A DNA stretch of 64,000 bases. Source: an uncultured Dehalococcoidia bacterium (lineage in GTDB: Bacteria > Chloroflexota > Dehalococcoidia > Lucifugimonadales > G958296245). Shown piece by piece: positions 62,760 to 64,000 of this stretch. The stretch lies in contig OY282458.1 in assembly GCA_958296245.1 (NCBI GenBank), positions 2,234,197 through 2,298,196 of the forward strand, given 5' to 3'. The notes under the pieces were generated by a model. The model saw only the letters and a program-made list of their open reading frames with translations, was not told the DNA's origin and made no database searches. Both the position numbers and the translations under genes were made by a program. The stretch's first letter is position 1. Each line of letters opens with the position of its first letter.

Positions 62760-64000
62760 ATGAATATAGCCGTGACTTCGACGGAGGACCTATCCTATCA
62801 ATACTATGTGGCGGAAAGCGTGGTGGAGCAGTTCGCACTGAGCCACACGCCAACCGCGGTCTTACGTGAGTTGGTTCAGAACGAGTACGACGCCGGAGGT
62901 CAAGAGCTCGGCGTCCACTTCGGCAGCGAACGGCTGGTCATCACAGGAAACGGCGACCCCATAGATGCAGCCGGATGGGAGCGGCTCCGAGTGATGCTGG
63001 GTACTGGATGGGTTCCCAACTCGGACACCTACATAGAAGCCAAGAAGAGCAGCATTGGTTCTAAAAACTTCGGACTCAGGTCACTATTCACTGTCGGTGA
63101 CGAGATAAGGGTGTACTCCGGGGGCAAATGGTCTGCCCTCAATTGGCGTCGAGGTTCCATTTACCCACCCAGGGAAACGGACGACTCGCCCCAGCGTGGA
63201 GTTCGCATCGAAGTTTCGTACCGTCCCACTAAAGCTGGAGCACTCGAACCCTTCACTCCCACTAGGCGAAGCGCGTGGGCCCGGGAGATTGGCGATTCGT
63301 TGGCAGAGACGCTGATCAAGCTCGCCCATCCCAGTCGGTCCCAGAGCCTCCGCCGAGTCATCCTTAAGACCGATGGCATGCCGGGCGTCTCATGGACCCA
63401 GCGCGCTAGCGAGGATCGAACATCGGCCAGAGGGATTCGGGTAATTCGTCGGCAGGCCCTCCAGGAAAGCGCCGGTCATCGGAACAGAGTCGTTGAACTG
63501 GAGTACCAAGCACGGGTTCAGATTCCAGAATTGCATCGGCAGAAGGACTATCCCTCGTATTACAGGATCAACCGAAACAGAATGTGGGTCGGAGTCTCTC
63601 TGAGACTCTTCAGAGGACGCCCCGACGCAAGCTCCCCCGGCATGGTGTACTACCCGCTTGGCGCTCCTGTGGCCAGAACCGGAAACTCTGTGAGCCTCAA
63701 CGCTCCGTTTGAGATGGACAACAACCGAGCCAACATTGTGCCCCCCTCGTCCAGCTCATGGAACGAGTGGCTGGTTCAAGAGCTGGTTGAACTCACCACC
63801 AGACTCCTAATCACAGACTGGTACGAGCGCTTCGGTGCGGGCGCTTATCTGGTCCTGGAGGCGGGAGAGCGTGATTCCGGCAACCACCTTGCTGAGGCTT
63901 ACGCTGGCGCAGTAGAGGATTACCTGCGTAACGAGGAGGCCTGGGCAAGCCGCGGTCGAAGTAGAAGAAAGGTCACGTTCGTCACGGCCGATACGCTGGC
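62760..64000 (+). CDS. GHKL-superfamily ATPase, sacsin-like N-terminal ATP-binding domain, paralog 3; the 3' end lies outside the window
   Basis: My own translation from ATG 62760 is open to the window end, and this ORF is absent from the track. It carries an N box LRELVQNEYDAGG, VITGNGDPI and IGSKNFGLRSLF. An in-frame stop lies at 62700. Confidence 0.7.
   Translation, partial: MNIAVTSTEDLSYQYYVAESVVEQFALSHTPTAVLRELVQNEYDAGGQELGVHFGSERLVITGNGDPIDAAGWERLRVMLGTGWVPNSDTYIEAKKSSIGSKNFGLRSLFTVGDEIRVYSGGKWSALNWRRGSIYPPRETDDSPQRGVRIEVSYRPTKAGALEPFTPTRRSAWAREIGDSLAETLIKLAHPSRSQSLRRVILKTDGMPGVSWTQRASEDRTSARGIRVIRRQALQESAGHRNRVVELEYQARVQIPELHRQKDYPSYYRINRNRMWVGVSLRLFRGRPDASSPGMVYYPLGAPVARTGNSVSLNAPFEMDNNRANIVPPSSSSWNEWLVQELVELTTRLLITDWYERFGAGAYLVLEAGERDSGNHLAEAYAGAVEDYLRNEEAWASRGRSRRKVTFVTADTL

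Noticed and set aside
1-64000. CRISPR array
   Set aside because: The repeats found (families A and B) are dispersed single copies in separate intergenic regions. They are not regularly spaced direct repeats with unique spacers, and no cas-like genes are present.
49092-64000. A direct repeat of the tRNA-Ile 3' end that would define the far island boundary
   Set aside because: I scanned by eye for GGTTCGAGTCCACGCTGGCCCACCA or substantial parts of it downstream and found none. Serine recombinases need only very short crossover cores, so the absence is uninformative. A computed repeat search is required.

Overview
A 64-kb window of a high-G+C bacterial chromosome with no rRNA, no CRISPR array and one tRNA. 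The lineage cannot be assigned from this window. The many enolase-superfamily, CoA-transferase, SDR and sarcosine-oxidase genes fit an aerobic heterotroph of a high-GC phylum, but that is only a low-confidence inference.

Positions 1 to about 48.7 kb are ordinary, densely packed core and metabolic genes on both strands. They include ispD-ispF-cysS, mnmA-rnhB-yraN, a ThDP enzyme, an aldo/keto reductase, threonine aldolase, an aspartase/fumarase-family lyase, a CCA-adding-type nucleotidyltransferase, metK, an acyl-CoA synthetase with a family III CoA-transferase, an ECF sigma/anti-sigma pair, soxD-soxA-soxG and citrate synthase. The intergenic spacers carry two dispersed repeat families: a 155-190 bp MITE-like element with about 22-bp terminal inverted repeats, and a roughly 40-bp GC-rich unit.

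A DUF3179 gene is split by a single in-frame TGA exactly where the first Cys of its CPLC motif should be. A perfect 9-bp hairpin follows 11 nt downstream, which makes this a candidate for selenocysteine recoding.

From tRNA-Ile(GAU) at 49015 onward the window is an accessory island. An RHH gene and a large serine recombinase abut the tRNA. They are followed by a visibly AT-richer core of about 10.6 kb. In that core a plus-strand pair (GHKL ATPase plus an unknown partner) converges on a tightly coupled seven-gene minus-strand operon: RHH regulator, radical SAM enzyme, GHKL ATPase, ParB-like protein, PD-(D/E)xK nuclease, SNF2 helicase and a second ParB-like protein. I cannot match this gene set to any named defence or DNA-modification system I know, so it is my best candidate for an undescribed system. 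A third GHKL (sacsin-like) gene runs off the right edge.

All functional calls rest on motif recognition by eye in the supplied translations. No database search was run.
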